This document shows, one piece after another, positions 18,636-28,374 of a stretch of 64,000 bases of DNA (position 1 is its first letter; each line of letters begins with the position of its first letter). The notes beneath the pieces are model-generated. The model saw nothing but the letters and a program-made list of their open reading frames with translations. It was not told the origin of the DNA and did not search any database. Location: the NCBI GenBank assembly GCA_963703315.1, contig OY969811.1, positions 1,472,001 through 1,536,000 of the forward strand, in the 5' to 3' direction. Origin of the DNA: an uncultured cyanobacterium (GTDB taxonomy: Bacteria; Cyanobacteriota; Cyanobacteriia; Pseudanabaenales; Pseudanabaenaceae). The translations under genes were made by a program, and so were the position numbers.

Positions 18636-19286
18636 ATGTCACAAGGCAATATAGATAATCGGCGATCGCTCCGAATTGTTAGGTATCTTGCTTTAACTGC
18701 AAGCTTACTGGGGATCTATGCGATCGCTAGTCCTGCCTTTAGTAAGCTACCTTGCATCGTTAACTGTCAGACAGAAGCTGCTAATGAATTACTGAATAAG
18801 AATAAGGCGATCGCGAGTTTAATTAATCTCAAACAACTTGATAAAAAGGCGATCGCTTTAGTTATTGAAAAATCAAAATATAAACTCACGGTTTACTATC
18901 AGAAAAAGCCAATTAAGTCATACGCGATCGTTCTCGGCGCAAATCCGAGAGATGACAAACTACGCCAAGGTGACAAGCGCACTCCTGAAGGTATTTTTCG
19001 TGTCAAAGAGCTTTACTACCATTCGGAATGGTCAAAATTTATTTTGCTAGACTATCCCAATCAGGATTCATGGCGCAAGTTCTCACAGGCGAAGGCTAGA
19101 GGTGAAGTGAAAGCTAGCGATGATATTGGTGGCGAAATTGGGATTCACGGGGTCGAGAAAGGTCAAGACTGGCTAATTGATCGCAAAATTAACTGGACTT
19201 TGGGCTGTGTATCACTCAAGAATAAAGATGTGGATGAGATTTATCCGCTCTTACAACGCGGAACCACCATTGAAATCTTCCATTAA
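18636..19286 (+). CDS. L,D-transpeptidase (YkuD) family protein
   Basis: GDKRTPEG, LDYPN, IGIHG...WTLGCVSL (catalytic His/Cys). Confidence 0.9.
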   Translation: MSQGNIDNRRSLRIVRYLALTASLLGIYAIASPAFSKLPCIVNCQTEAANELLNKNKAIASLINLKQLDKKAIALVIEKSKYKLTVYYQKKPIKSYAIVLGANPRDDKLRQGDKRTPEGIFRVKELYYHSEWSKFILLDYPNQDSWRKFSQAKARGEVKASDDIGGEIGIHGVEKGQDWLIDRKINWTLGCVSLKNKDVDEIYPLLQRGTTIEIFH

Positions 19287-19332
19287 ACACCAAAAAAGAG
19301 GCGGCGCAAAGCGCCGCCTCTTTTTTGGTGTT
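19286..19332. repeat. GC-core palindrome
   Basis: AACACCAAAAAAGAGGCGGCGC-AAA-GCGCCGCCTCTTTTTTGGTGTT. Confidence 0.9.
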
Positions 19333-19420
19333 CTAAGCAAAACTTTCATTGCTACAATAACTTAAGAAAATCGAGATTTCCATAAACTAGATTAACAAGA
19401 TCAAGCATCAATAATTTCTT

Positions 19421-20200
19421 ATGGACGATCGCAGTAAGACAACCCTAGCCATTCAACAAGTAACTCGTCGCTTTGGGGGATTAGTGGCAGTTAATGAGGT
19501 GTCTTTTGATGTACAGGAAAATGAAATCTTTGGTGTGATTGGACCGAATGGTGCTGGCAAGACGACTCTATTCAATACGATTACAGGATTAATTGCGCCT
19601 AGTAGTGGTAAGGTTCTCTATGAGGGAACAGAAATTACTAATCGTCGTCCACATCAAATTGCGAAGTTCGGCATTGCGCGAACGTTTCAGAATATTCGCC
19701 TATTTAGTGAATTATCAGCATTAGAGAATGTGGCGATCGCTAGACATCTCAGCACCACTACAGGTATTTGGAATGGAGTTTTAGGGTTGCCACCAACCCA
19801 TCAAGAAGAAAAGCAAACCTACGATCGCGCTTTGGAATTATTGGAACTTGTAGGACTCAGCGATCGCCGTGATGTCAAAGCTAAAAACTTCTCCTATGGT
19901 GATCAACGCCGCCTTGAGATTGCTCGCGCCCTTGCTCTCCAACCCAAGTTATTACTACTAGATGAACCTGCCGCAGGAATGAATCCTAACGAGAAAGGAC
20001 AATTAAGCGACTTTATTCGCAGTTTACGCGATCGCTTTGCCCTGACAATTCTTTTAATCGAGCATCATGTTCCTTTAGTGATGGGACTATGCGATCGCAT
20101 TGCCGTTTTAGATTTTGGTCAACTAATTGCGATCGGTCAGCCTGAAATTGTCAAAAGCGATCGAGCAGTAATTGAGGCATATCTTGGTGATGAAGGTTAA
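19421..20200 (+). CDS. livG: Branched-chain amino acid ABC ATPase (LivG-like)
   Basis: GPNGAGKT, ARTFQNIRLF, LLLDEPAAG, VIEAYLG. Confidence 0.9.
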   Translation: MDDRSKTTLAIQQVTRRFGGLVAVNEVSFDVQENEIFGVIGPNGAGKTTLFNTITGLIAPSSGKVLYEGTEITNRRPHQIAKFGIARTFQNIRLFSELSALENVAIARHLSTTTGIWNGVLGLPPTHQEEKQTYDRALELLELVGLSDRRDVKAKNFSYGDQRRLEIARALALQPKLLLLDEPAAGMNPNEKGQLSDFIRSLRDRFALTILLIEHHVPLVMGLCDRIAVLDFGQLIAIGQPEIVKSDRAVIEAYLGDEG

Positions 20201-20274
20201 CAGCCTCATCACTTTTTGCTATCTCCAGAATTTCGCCAGTCGTGGCGATCGCTAATCACAAAACCTCTCTCTGA

Positions 20275-21795
20275 CTAAACTTTGCCTAAACTAATCCCAA
20301 ATAAATTATTGAGGCGATCGCGTACCCATGACAAAGCCGCATAGTGAGATCTCTGTAATTCCTCCTCATTCAGCAATCCGAGACTAATTAAAACCTGCTG
20401 ACGCTCTGATAATTTCAGAGCAATCTGTTCTCCTAAAGCTTTATGCTCATTTAAAAGTTTTTGCAACTGTTGACGTTCAACGACAAACAGAACTGTATCT
20501 GCCGTTAAGGCTTTAACACTTGCTGTGCGAGGTGTACCCGTTAAGAGGGAAATCTCACCAAAAAATTCTCCTTCCCCTAAGGTCGCGATCGTCTGATTAT
20601 TCTTTTCTGAAAAGACTTCTACAGCTCCAAATAAAATAATGTAGAACTCTTCACTGGGTTCATTTTCTTGGCAAATAATCTGTCCAATATCAAAATGCTT
20701 GCGATATCCCCTAGCAATTAGGGCAAATAATTCCACTTCGGTACATCGTTCAAAATAAGAAATCTTTCTCAGTAAATCGCGGAGATTTTTGCTATTGATT
20801 TCATGGGTAGTTGATGCGATCGCTAATTTGGGAATTTCACTAGCTTTCAAATTTTGTGATTGGGCATTAGCTTCTGGACTTTGTGGATAGAGAACCTGTT
20901 GCAACCCTTCAGGATTACGAACTATGATTTCTCTAGTGGGGAATGGGATACGAATGCCTTTGTCTCTAAATTCGTAAGCAATTCTAAAGTTGAGAGAACT
21001 ACGGATAGGTTCGTTGGCATCAGGATCAGTAATCCAAACAAGTAACTCAAACTCAAGAGATTCTTTACCAAATTGTTGAAACCAAACTTCTGGAGGTGGA
21101 TTGGACAATACACGCGGTTCGTGGCGAGCTGCGGTAAGTAGAGTTTCTGTTAAGACTAATAGATCAGTGTCATAGGCAACACTTACAGGAATATGAATGC
21201 GGCAAGTATGACCTGAATAGCTCCAGTTGACGGTGTTATTTTCGATGAAGCGTTGATTTGGCACGATCACAAATAAATCATCTTCAGTCCGAATAATTGT
21301 GGAGCGAATAGAAATTTTTTCAATTGTGCCTTTAAGTTCACCAATCTCAACGTAGTCACCAATTTTGATGGTTTGCTCAAAAAGTAAGACTAGCCCACTA
21401 ATAAAATTGCTGGCAATATTTTGTAAACCAAAGCCAATTCCAATTCCCACTACCCCTGCGATTACAGCTAGGGAACTGAGGTTAATCCCAGCCGTTTGTA
21501 AAATAATTACACTGCTAATCGTGATTAATACATATTTGATAAATATAGTAATAGCTTCTTGGAGTCCCCAATTAATGCGAAATCGGGTGAGAAGCGATCG
21601 CCGCAGGATTTCACTTACCAGTTTTGACACAAAAAATGCCAGAACAATCAGTCCTAGCAACATAGCGATCGAGGCGATCGAAAACTTAGCTCCTCCAATA
21701 TCTAAAATTTGGGCTGTGAAGATTTCATATAATTTTGTTAATACAACATCCATTTTGCGTTTATTTCTCCACAACCATGTCGTACTTTGTAGCAA
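20275..21795 (-). CDS. MscS mechanosensitive channel with C-terminal cyclic-nucleotide-binding domain
   Basis: GIGFGLQNIASNFISG (MscS TM3); GEFFGEISLL...RTASV (cNMP domain). Confidence 0.9.
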   Translation of the reverse strand: MLQSTTWLWRNKRKMDVVLTKLYEIFTAQILDIGGAKFSIASIAMLLGLIVLAFFVSKLVSEILRRSLLTRFRINWGLQEAITIFIKYVLITISSVIILQTAGINLSSLAVIAGVVGIGIGFGLQNIASNFISGLVLLFEQTIKIGDYVEIGELKGTIEKISIRSTIIRTEDDLFVIVPNQRFIENNTVNWSYSGHTCRIHIPVSVAYDTDLLVLTETLLTAARHEPRVLSNPPPEVWFQQFGKESLEFELLVWITDPDANEPIRSSLNFRIAYEFRDKGIRIPFPTREIIVRNPEGLQQVLYPQSPEANAQSQNLKASEIPKLAIASTTHEINSKNLRDLLRKISYFERCTEVELFALIARGYRKHFDIGQIICQENEPSEEFYIILFGAVEVFSEKNNQTIATLGEGEFFGEISLLTGTPRTASVKALTADTVLFVVERQQLQKLLNEHKALGEQIALKLSERQQVLISLGLLNEEELQRSHYAALSWVRDRLNNLFGISLGKV

Positions 21796-21902
21796 CCCAG
21801 TAAGTTTTTTTAATCAAAAAAAATGGCAATGCCATTTTTTTTGATTTTTCTTATATAGTTGCCTTTAACTTACTTGCTTGCAAAATGCTTTAGCTTCGTA
21901 AT

Positions 21903-22970
21903 CTACTTCTGTATTTTATAAACTACTGTAGCAGTTGCGTTGGGAATTTCTGATGTTTTGAGTTTGACATTGATTTTGCCTAAACCCTCCATAGTTCCAA
22001 TCCACACCTGTTGATCATGAACTAGCAAATTAATCACTGAGCTACTAGGTAAGTTATAGATGGATGATGTAATTGCTCCATTGTAAGTATTAGCAAGTAC
22101 CAAACCGTCTCTCATACCAATCCATAGTTCGCCATTTTTATTACTTGCTAGAGCTACAATGTCGCGACCTGTTACAGGATTAATCCGAGCGATCGCCTTA
22201 TTGTTTTTAGGATTAATTTCAATTACGTTGCGGGGTGTGCCTGCCCAGATTTTGCCTGACGGTTCAACAGCAAGGGCTTGGACAATTTGACCTGAAACAA
22301 AAGGAATCTGGGCAGTAATTTTGGCTGTCCCAGGATTAATTTTAATTAAGCCATTTAATGTCCCGACCCAAAGATTGCCAGCGAGATCAATTTGCATAAC
22401 ATTAGCGGCTGTCCCCGGAATATTAGGCAGTCGCGCATAGGTTTCGGAATTGAAAGGACTGATCCTTGTAATTCCTTGATCGGTTCCTACCCAAATAAAA
22501 CCTGCGCGATCGATCGCTAAACTCAAAATTCGACTGGAAGATAGTTGGATCGCAATATTTTCGATTTTGCCTGAGTCAGGGTCGATCTGGTACAAGCCTG
22601 AAGTTGTACCGACCCAGAAAAAGCCACGATTGTCTTCTAATAATGCGGTGATTGTGGAATTTGGTAATGACATGGAGGCGATCGCCGATCCTGTGCGTCG
22701 ATCCAGTTGAATCAATCCTTGCCAAGTCCCAACCCAAAATCTACCCTGACTATCAACTAAGGTGCAGCTAATCCGACCATCTAAACTCGTTGATGGTGTG
22801 CGGGCAATAAGACTATGAGCATTTGTGAACTGTGGCAAAACTTCCGCAGCGATCGCGCTGACCACAGGCAAGCTGGCTAGGGTACTAACCGCTAGACTTA
22901 GGGAAATTTTAGCTAATGAGCTTGATATTGAATTTGATCTAACTTTCGTTGTGAACATCCTTACCACCAT
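21903..22970 (-). CDS. Secreted beta-propeller protein (two-component regulator propeller repeats)
   Basis: Repeated D..G..WVGT..GL units after a signal-like N-terminus. Confidence 0.82.
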   Translation of the reverse strand: MVVRMFTTKVRSNSISSSLAKISLSLAVSTLASLPVVSAIAAEVLPQFTNAHSLIARTPSTSLDGRISCTLVDSQGRFWVGTWQGLIQLDRRTGSAIASMSLPNSTITALLEDNRGFFWVGTTSGLYQIDPDSGKIENIAIQLSSSRILSLAIDRAGFIWVGTDQGITRISPFNSETYARLPNIPGTAANVMQIDLAGNLWVGTLNGLIKINPGTAKITAQIPFVSGQIVQALAVEPSGKIWAGTPRNVIEINPKNNKAIARINPVTGRDIVALASNKNGELWIGMRDGLVLANTYNGAITSSIYNLPSSSVINLLVHDQQVWIGTMEGLGKINVKLKTSEIPNATATVVYKIQK

Positions 22971-23038
22971 AATCCAGATGCTTATGAACCCTTTTTAAGG
23001 GTCAGATATTAGCACAACATGAGTTAAATATGGTGACT

Positions 23039-24184
23039 TTAGGGTTTAGGTGCTGGTTGAGTGGGCGGCGGCACAGGTATCTCAGGTTGGACAGGCTGAG
23101 GTGGTGGCTCTAAGGGGGCAGGTTGTTGGGGCGGTGGCTCGATGGGAGTTGCTACAGGATTAGTAGTTATAGGTGCAGGTTCAACGACTTGGGTGGGGGC
23201 GCGTTGAGGTGTAACCGTCGTAGCAGCAGGAATAGGATCGTTTGACCTCGTAGAATTTGGCGATGTCGTTTCTGGTGCTTTCGCGGCAGTTGGCTCTTCC
23301 CGTCTAGGTTGTTCTACAGGTCTGTCGCGGCGATCGCTATCGGCAGAGCCTGAAGTGTAAGTTACTTTAGAATTGTTATTTTCTTTAGGAGTAGCTGGTA
23401 AGTCCGAACGACGGAACTGGATGGTACTTGCTTCCTTGACCGTTGAGGTTACCCCGAACTCTGAGGTGATTTGCGATAGGCTAGCCAACTGCGTGCTAAA
23501 TCCAAAAATTAGAGAATTATTAGCGATACGTTTATCAATGGTTTCTTTGTCAATGCGTTTTGGTGCAGAAGCTTTACCATCAGCTTTAATCCTAATTTCT
23601 TCGCCCTTACCGATGGTCACCACTTCTGAGGTACTTTTTAACAAAACGTTAACAGTGCCATCTAGAGCAATTACCCGCCGCTCTTCAGCAGCCTTGGCGG
23701 GTATTTCGAGATATACAGTGCCATCATTACTAGAAATTTCGCCAAAGGGAGTTTGGACTAAGGCTGGGGCTTTGCGATCGCTTGCTGCCCATGCGACTAA
23801 ACGCCCAGAAGTAAACTCAACTTGGTTTTGAGGTTTGAGGGTTAAGCTCGAATTGCCCCCAATTCTGATGATTGCCCCACTGCGTAAGGAGATTTGAGCG
23901 GTTGAAGATTCTTCAGTACTGACACTTTCATTAACCTTGAGCGGCACACCGACGGTTGCAGGTCTTGCGGATGCAGCATTCAAGTATCTCACTCGTACAG
24001 GATAGCTACGAATTTCACTAATTTCGGCGATCGCTTCTGTTGGTAAAGCCTCAGAGCTAAAGGGTTTAGCAGGCTGACTGATCGTACAACTAGGCAGCGT
24101 TATTGCTGTCAGAAATAAGATCAGAAGAGGCGCGTATTTTCCAAAAGAGCGCCCAGAGATTTTGAGTAACTGCCAAAGCTGCAT
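23039..24184 (-). CDS. FecR-like domain protein with Pro-rich C-terminus (possible lipoprotein)
   Basis: VST.ESSTAQI...GAIIRIGGNS.L, VQTP.G....DGT pattern; LPSC lipobox-like site. Confidence 0.7.
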   Translation of the reverse strand: MQLWQLLKISGRSFGKYAPLLILFLTAITLPSCTISQPAKPFSSEALPTEAIAEISEIRSYPVRVRYLNAASARPATVGVPLKVNESVSTEESSTAQISLRSGAIIRIGGNSSLTLKPQNQVEFTSGRLVAWAASDRKAPALVQTPFGEISSNDGTVYLEIPAKAAEERRVIALDGTVNVLLKSTSEVVTIGKGEEIRIKADGKASAPKRIDKETIDKRIANNSLIFGFSTQLASLSQITSEFGVTSTVKEASTIQFRRSDLPATPKENNNSKVTYTSGSADSDRRDRPVEQPRREEPTAAKAPETTSPNSTRSNDPIPAATTVTPQRAPTQVVEPAPITTNPVATPIEPPPQQPAPLEPPPQPVQPEIPVPPPTQPAPKP

Positions 24185-24341
24185 CGTAAATTTTTTGTAG
24201 AGTCTACAAATCCAGTTTTTTCGCTATACTAGAAAGTCTGGTTAAAACCGTAACTTCTAATGTATCTATATTAGTTCTAACATCGTTGTTTGACCATAGT
24301 TAGTAGTAATTCTCATAATGATTAATGAAAGTTTGCTGATT

Positions 24342-24439
24342 AGTAGCTCAGCATAAGTAAACTTAAAACCTAGAAGCTTGTGCCGCCCGCTACGCGGGCG
24401 GCACAAGCTCTGATTTTGGGTTGTAACTATGTTGAGCTA
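24342..24439. mobile_element. MITE-like element, family B (core GTGCCGCCCGC-TAC-GCGGGCGGCAC)
   Basis: AGTAGCTCAGCATA...TATGTTGAGCTA ends; same core at 28197 and 37432. Confidence 0.75.
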
Positions 24440-24495
24440 GGTAGTCTACTTTCATAGATCTCAATTATCTTTAAACGAGTAAGAGTCAAAAGCAC

Positions 24496-24957
24496 ATGGC
24501 AAAGAGTAATTTGCAGGTCATGCTGACCAAAAATGTTACAAAATTAGGTAAACTTGGCGATTTAGTATCCGTTGCGCCTGGTTATGCTCAAAATTTCCTC
24601 ATACCTCAAGGTATGGCTATCCGCGCCACCACAGGTGTTGTTAAAGAAGTTGAAAGACGTAAAGAAGTTGAGCGTCAACGCTTGATCGCGATTCGTCAAG
24701 AAGCTGAAAGCCGTAAGACTGCGCTTTCGACCATCGGCGGCTTTATTATTAAGAAAAAAGTCGGTGAAGGTAATGCGATTTTCGGTACTGTGACCGATCG
24801 CGAAGTTGCTCAATTGATTACCGCAAAGTCGATGTTAGAAATCGATCACCGCGACATTACGATTCCTGAAATTAATCAAACAGGTACTTATGATGTGTCG
24901 ATCAAGCTTCATGCTGAAGTTACGGCAACTATCAAAGTTCAAGTTATTCCTGAATAA
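24496..24957 (+). CDS. rplI: 50S ribosomal protein L9
   Basis: LGKLGDLVSVAPGYAQNFLIP, IFGTVT, LHAEV. Confidence 0.96.
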   Translation: MAKSNLQVMLTKNVTKLGKLGDLVSVAPGYAQNFLIPQGMAIRATTGVVKEVERRKEVERQRLIAIRQEAESRKTALSTIGGFIIKKKVGEGNAIFGTVTDREVAQLITAKSMLEIDHRDITIPEINQTGTYDVSIKLHAEVTATIKVQVIPE

Positions 24958-24961
24958 TTTC

Positions 24962-25004
24962 AAAAAAGCAGTGCTTTTTTATGGCAAGGGGCTTAAGCCC
25001 CTTG
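24962..25004. terminator. Hairpins between convergent rplI and pdxA
   Basis: AAAAAAGCA-G-TGCTTTTTT followed by the perfect palindrome CAAGGGGCTTAAGCCCCTTG. Confidence 0.6.
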
Positions 25005-25017
25005 TTTATTTTTTTCC

Positions 25018-26049
25018 TTATTTTGTTGTACTTTTGGCGAGTTCTACGGCTAAGGCGATCGCCTCGATCATACTGGCAGGATCAGCAATGCCCTTACCTG
25101 CAATATCAAAGGCAGTACCATGATCGGGGGATGTTCTGACAAAAGGTAGTCCAATCGTGGTATTCACAGCCCGATCAAAGGCTAACAGCTTGACGGGAAT
25201 TAACCCTTGATCGTGGTACATGGCGAGATAGGCATCATAGCCAAGCCCTACCCGATCGCGATCGCGCCAAGCCTTCGCAGGATTGACCCACATCGTATCG
25301 GGCGGGATCGGATTGGTAAGCTGCACATAAGGATGTTGTTGGCGATAGCGATCGATTAATGGTTGTAACCAATCAAGTTCTTCGCGTCCTAGTTGACCCT
25401 GTTCACCGCTATGGGGATTGATTCCTGCGATCGCAATTCGTGGATTACTAATCCCAAAATCCTCTAGTAGAGATCGGCGCAATAATTCTAATTTCTGCTC
25501 GATTAATGCAGGATTTAGCTGCTTCGTGACTTCACTTAAAGGGATATGCACCGTTGCTAGCAAAGCCCGTAACACCCAATCCGTATGGGGCGATTTGCCC
25601 ACAAATAACATTCCAAAATCATCAACTTGGCTACGCTCAGCTAACAATTCAGTTTGTCCTGCATAGTGATGTCCTGCTTGATGCCACAAGGATTTGGCGA
25701 TCGGACTCGTGACGATCGCCGCAAATTTCCCCTCTAATGTCTGAGCGATCGCGGTATCTAGGTAAGCAAAACTAGCGGCTCCACTGGCTTTATTGCCTGT
25801 ACCTAACATAATTTCGCTATTAGTGGGAATATCCACAATCTCTAACTTTTGGGGATCGGCAATTGGTAAGTTGCTATGCTGTTTTAATAAGCTATAAGTT
25901 TCCATAAGATATCGGTGATCGCCAAACACCGTAAACTCAGCATCTAAAGCAACTATAGCGGGATCGGCAAGAGACTTTAGAATGATTTCCGTCCCGATTC
26001 CTGTGGGATCACCTATAGTGAGAGCTATTCGATTTTTAGAATTGTTCAT
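25018..26049 (-). CDS. pdxA: 4-hydroxythreonine-4-phosphate dehydrogenase
   Basis: [41 protein letters not shown]. Confidence 0.96.
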   Translation of the reverse strand: MNNSKNRIALTIGDPTGIGTEIILKSLADPAIVALDAEFTVFGDHRYLMETYSLLKQHSNLPIADPQKLEIVDIPTNSEIMLGTGNKASGAASFAYLDTAIAQTLEGKFAAIVTSPIAKSLWHQAGHHYAGQTELLAERSQVDDFGMLFVGKSPHTDWVLRALLATVHIPLSEVTKQLNPALIEQKLELLRRSLLEDFGISNPRIAIAGINPHSGEQGQLGREELDWLQPLIDRYRQQHPYVQLTNPIPPDTMWVNPAKAWRDRDRVGLGYDAYLAMYHDQGLIPVKLLAFDRAVNTTIGLPFVRTSPDHGTAFDIAGKGIADPASMIEAIALAVELAKSTTK

Positions 26050-26135
26050 TTTAAGTAATTTGCCAAATTCTCCAAAAGTTTAGTCCACGCGATAAGATCG
26101 TAATTCGCCTTTAGCCCTCTTGATCACAACCAACA

Positions 26136-27599
26136 ATGTCTGTTGATATTTCCTTAGAAACACTCTGGAATCAAGTCCTCGAACTTCTTGAAAGCCAACT
26201 TAGCCGCCCTACATACGAAGGATGGATCAAGACCGTTGTGGCTGATGAGCTTACGGCTGACCGCTTGACGATTCGCACGCCCTCAGTTTTTGCAAAAAAC
26301 TGGCTGCATAAATATTATGTTCAGAATATTACCGATGCCGTTACCGAAATTTTAGGCTATCCCGTAGAAATCCACATTGAGGCGGCTCCCAGTGCTGAGG
26401 TAACCAGTGGGCAACCTGAGTTAAATCTGGAGCTAGATAGCAATGAAGCTAGTCAAGATGGGATGTTAGAAACAGCGATCGCGGCTGAGGCTGTGCAAGC
26501 AATGGCGGCGGCAATCCCGACCAGCAATACTCAAAACCATACCGAAACCAATGGCACTGCACCGCGTCCTAGCAATCTCAATCCGAAGTACAATTTCAAT
26601 CGCTTTGTAGTTGGTTCGACAAATCGCATGGCTCATGCGGCAGCACTAGCAGTATCAGAGCTACCCGGTCGCGAGTTTAATCCTTTATTTTTATGCGGTG
26701 GTGTGGGCTTAGGTAAAACGCATCTGATGCAAGCGATCGCCCATTACCGTCTGGAAATCGAGCCAAAGGCACGCATTGCCTATGTTTCCACTGAGCAGTT
26801 TACCAATGATTTGATTTCGGCAATTCGCAAAGACAGTATGCAAAGATTTCGGGAGCTATATCGCGAAATCGATATGCTAATTGTTGATGATATTCAGTTT
26901 ATCGAGGGTAAGGAATATACCCAAGAAGAGTTTTTCCATACTTTTAATACGCTGTACGAAACAGGTAAACAAATCGTACTAGCAAGCGATCGCCCACCTG
27001 CTCAGATTCCCCGTTTACAAGAACGTCTTTGCTCGCGTTTCTCAATGGGATTGATTGCCGATATCCAAGTTCCTGATCTAGAAACCCGCATGGCAATTTT
27101 GCAAAAGAAAGCCGAATATGATCATCTGAAAATTCCTACTGATGTACTACATTACATTGCTGCCAGTTACACTTCCAATATTCGGGAATTGGAAGGAGCA
27201 TTAGTCAGAACCGTTGCCTATATCTCTATTTCAGGATTACCGATGACAGTAGAGAATGTCGCGCCCGTTCTCAATCCGCCCAAAGAACCAGTGGAAGTAT
27301 CGGCAGAGATGGTTTTGAGTGTGGTTACGGAAACACTGAATATTGATCTGGCGGATTTACTAGGCAATTCGCGCCGCAGAGAAATTAGCCAAGCCCGACA
27401 ATATGTGATGTATCTGATGCGTCAGCATACTAATCTCAGTTTGCCCAAAATCGGTGAAGCGGTAGGGGGCAAAGATCATACAACAGTGATGTATAGCTGC
27501 GAAAAGGTCGCGCAATTACAATCTACTGATGGTGATATTGCTCAGTTGTTGAGGCAATTAAGCGATCGCATCTACTTCATTGCTCAATCCAAAAACTAG
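26136..27599 (+). CDS. dnaA: Chromosomal replication initiator DnaA
   Basis: [41 protein letters not shown]. Confidence 0.97.
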   Translation: MSVDISLETLWNQVLELLESQLSRPTYEGWIKTVVADELTADRLTIRTPSVFAKNWLHKYYVQNITDAVTEILGYPVEIHIEAAPSAEVTSGQPELNLELDSNEASQDGMLETAIAAEAVQAMAAAIPTSNTQNHTETNGTAPRPSNLNPKYNFNRFVVGSTNRMAHAAALAVSELPGREFNPLFLCGGVGLGKTHLMQAIAHYRLEIEPKARIAYVSTEQFTNDLISAIRKDSMQRFRELYREIDMLIVDDIQFIEGKEYTQEEFFHTFNTLYETGKQIVLASDRPPAQIPRLQERLCSRFSMGLIADIQVPDLETRMAILQKKAEYDHLKIPTDVLHYIAASYTSNIRELEGALVRTVAYISISGLPMTVENVAPVLNPPKEPVEVSAEMVLSVVTETLNIDLADLLGNSRRREISQARQYVMYLMRQHTNLSLPKIGEAVGGKDHTTVMYSCEKVAQLQSTDGDIAQLLRQLSDRIYFIAQSKN

Positions 27600-27611
27600 C
27601 TAAAAATTAGT

Positions 27612-28142
27612 ATGGCTGCTCCCTTACCCATTGGCTTCCCATCTCCCACACCTCATGACATCATCGAAGTCAAGCAATATCCTGCCTATCGTTCAGGTAC
27701 ATACACCTATGAGGGGGATTTTAGTCAAGCAACTCGCTATTCCTTCAATCCTCTATTTCAACATATTAGTAGCAATAATATTGCCATGACTACACCTGTG
27801 GAGGCTCGTTATCCAGCTTCGACAATTGATCAACCAATGCAACAGGGAAAAGTAAAAGTCTCTTTTTTGTATAACAATAACGCCATCAGTCCACAGCAAA
27901 TATCACCAGACATTCAAGTAGAAGATCATGCACCAATGTTAGTTGTGAGTTTAGGAATACAGGGAGCTTATGGTTATGAGAGCTATCAAGGACATATTGA
28001 GAAGTTAAAGAATTGGCTAGCCAATCATCCCGAATATGAAATTGCAGGAGAGCCAAGAGAATTTCTCTACGATTCGCCTTATACTCCTGCACCATTAAAA
28101 CGCCGCGAAGTTCAGATTCCTATTCGTAAATCTAGCCAGTAG
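27612..28142 (+). CDS. SOUL heme-binding family protein
   Basis: IEVKQYPAYR, F.PLF.HI..N.IAMTTPV, YDSPYTP..LKRREVQIP. Confidence 0.85.
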   Translation: MAAPLPIGFPSPTPHDIIEVKQYPAYRSGTYTYEGDFSQATRYSFNPLFQHISSNNIAMTTPVEARYPASTIDQPMQQGKVKVSFLYNNNAISPQQISPDIQVEDHAPMLVVSLGIQGAYGYESYQGHIEKLKNWLANHPEYEIAGEPREFLYDSPYTPAPLKRREVQIPIRKSSQ

Positions 28143-28157
28143 TTGGGTAAGATCAAC

Positions 28158-28374
28158 TAAGTAGCTCAGCATAGTTAAAACCCAAAACCAGAGCTTGTGC
28201 CGCCCGCTACGCGGGCGGCACAAGTTTCTAGGTTTTAAGTTTACTTATATAGCTGTAGTCAGTTATGTTAGGACAAAACCAAAACCCAAAAGAGAGTTGC
28301 GGCGCGAAGCGCCGCAACTCTCTTTTGGGTTTTATGTCTTAACGTGCTTGGCTATGGCTATACCTAGCTACTTA
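28158..28374. mobile_element. Family B element with a nested family C element; its terminal TTA is the lysK stop codon
   Basis: TAAGTAGCTCAGC...TTTACTTA-[insert]-CCTAGCTACTTA. Confidence 0.8.
28248..28362. mobile_element. MITE-like element, family C (TATAGC...GCTATA, apparent TA duplication)
   Basis: TATAGCTGTAGTCA...AAAACCCAAAAGAGAGTTGCGGCGC-GAA-GCGCCGCAACTCTCTTTTGGGTTTT...TGGCTATGGCTATA. Confidence 0.8.
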
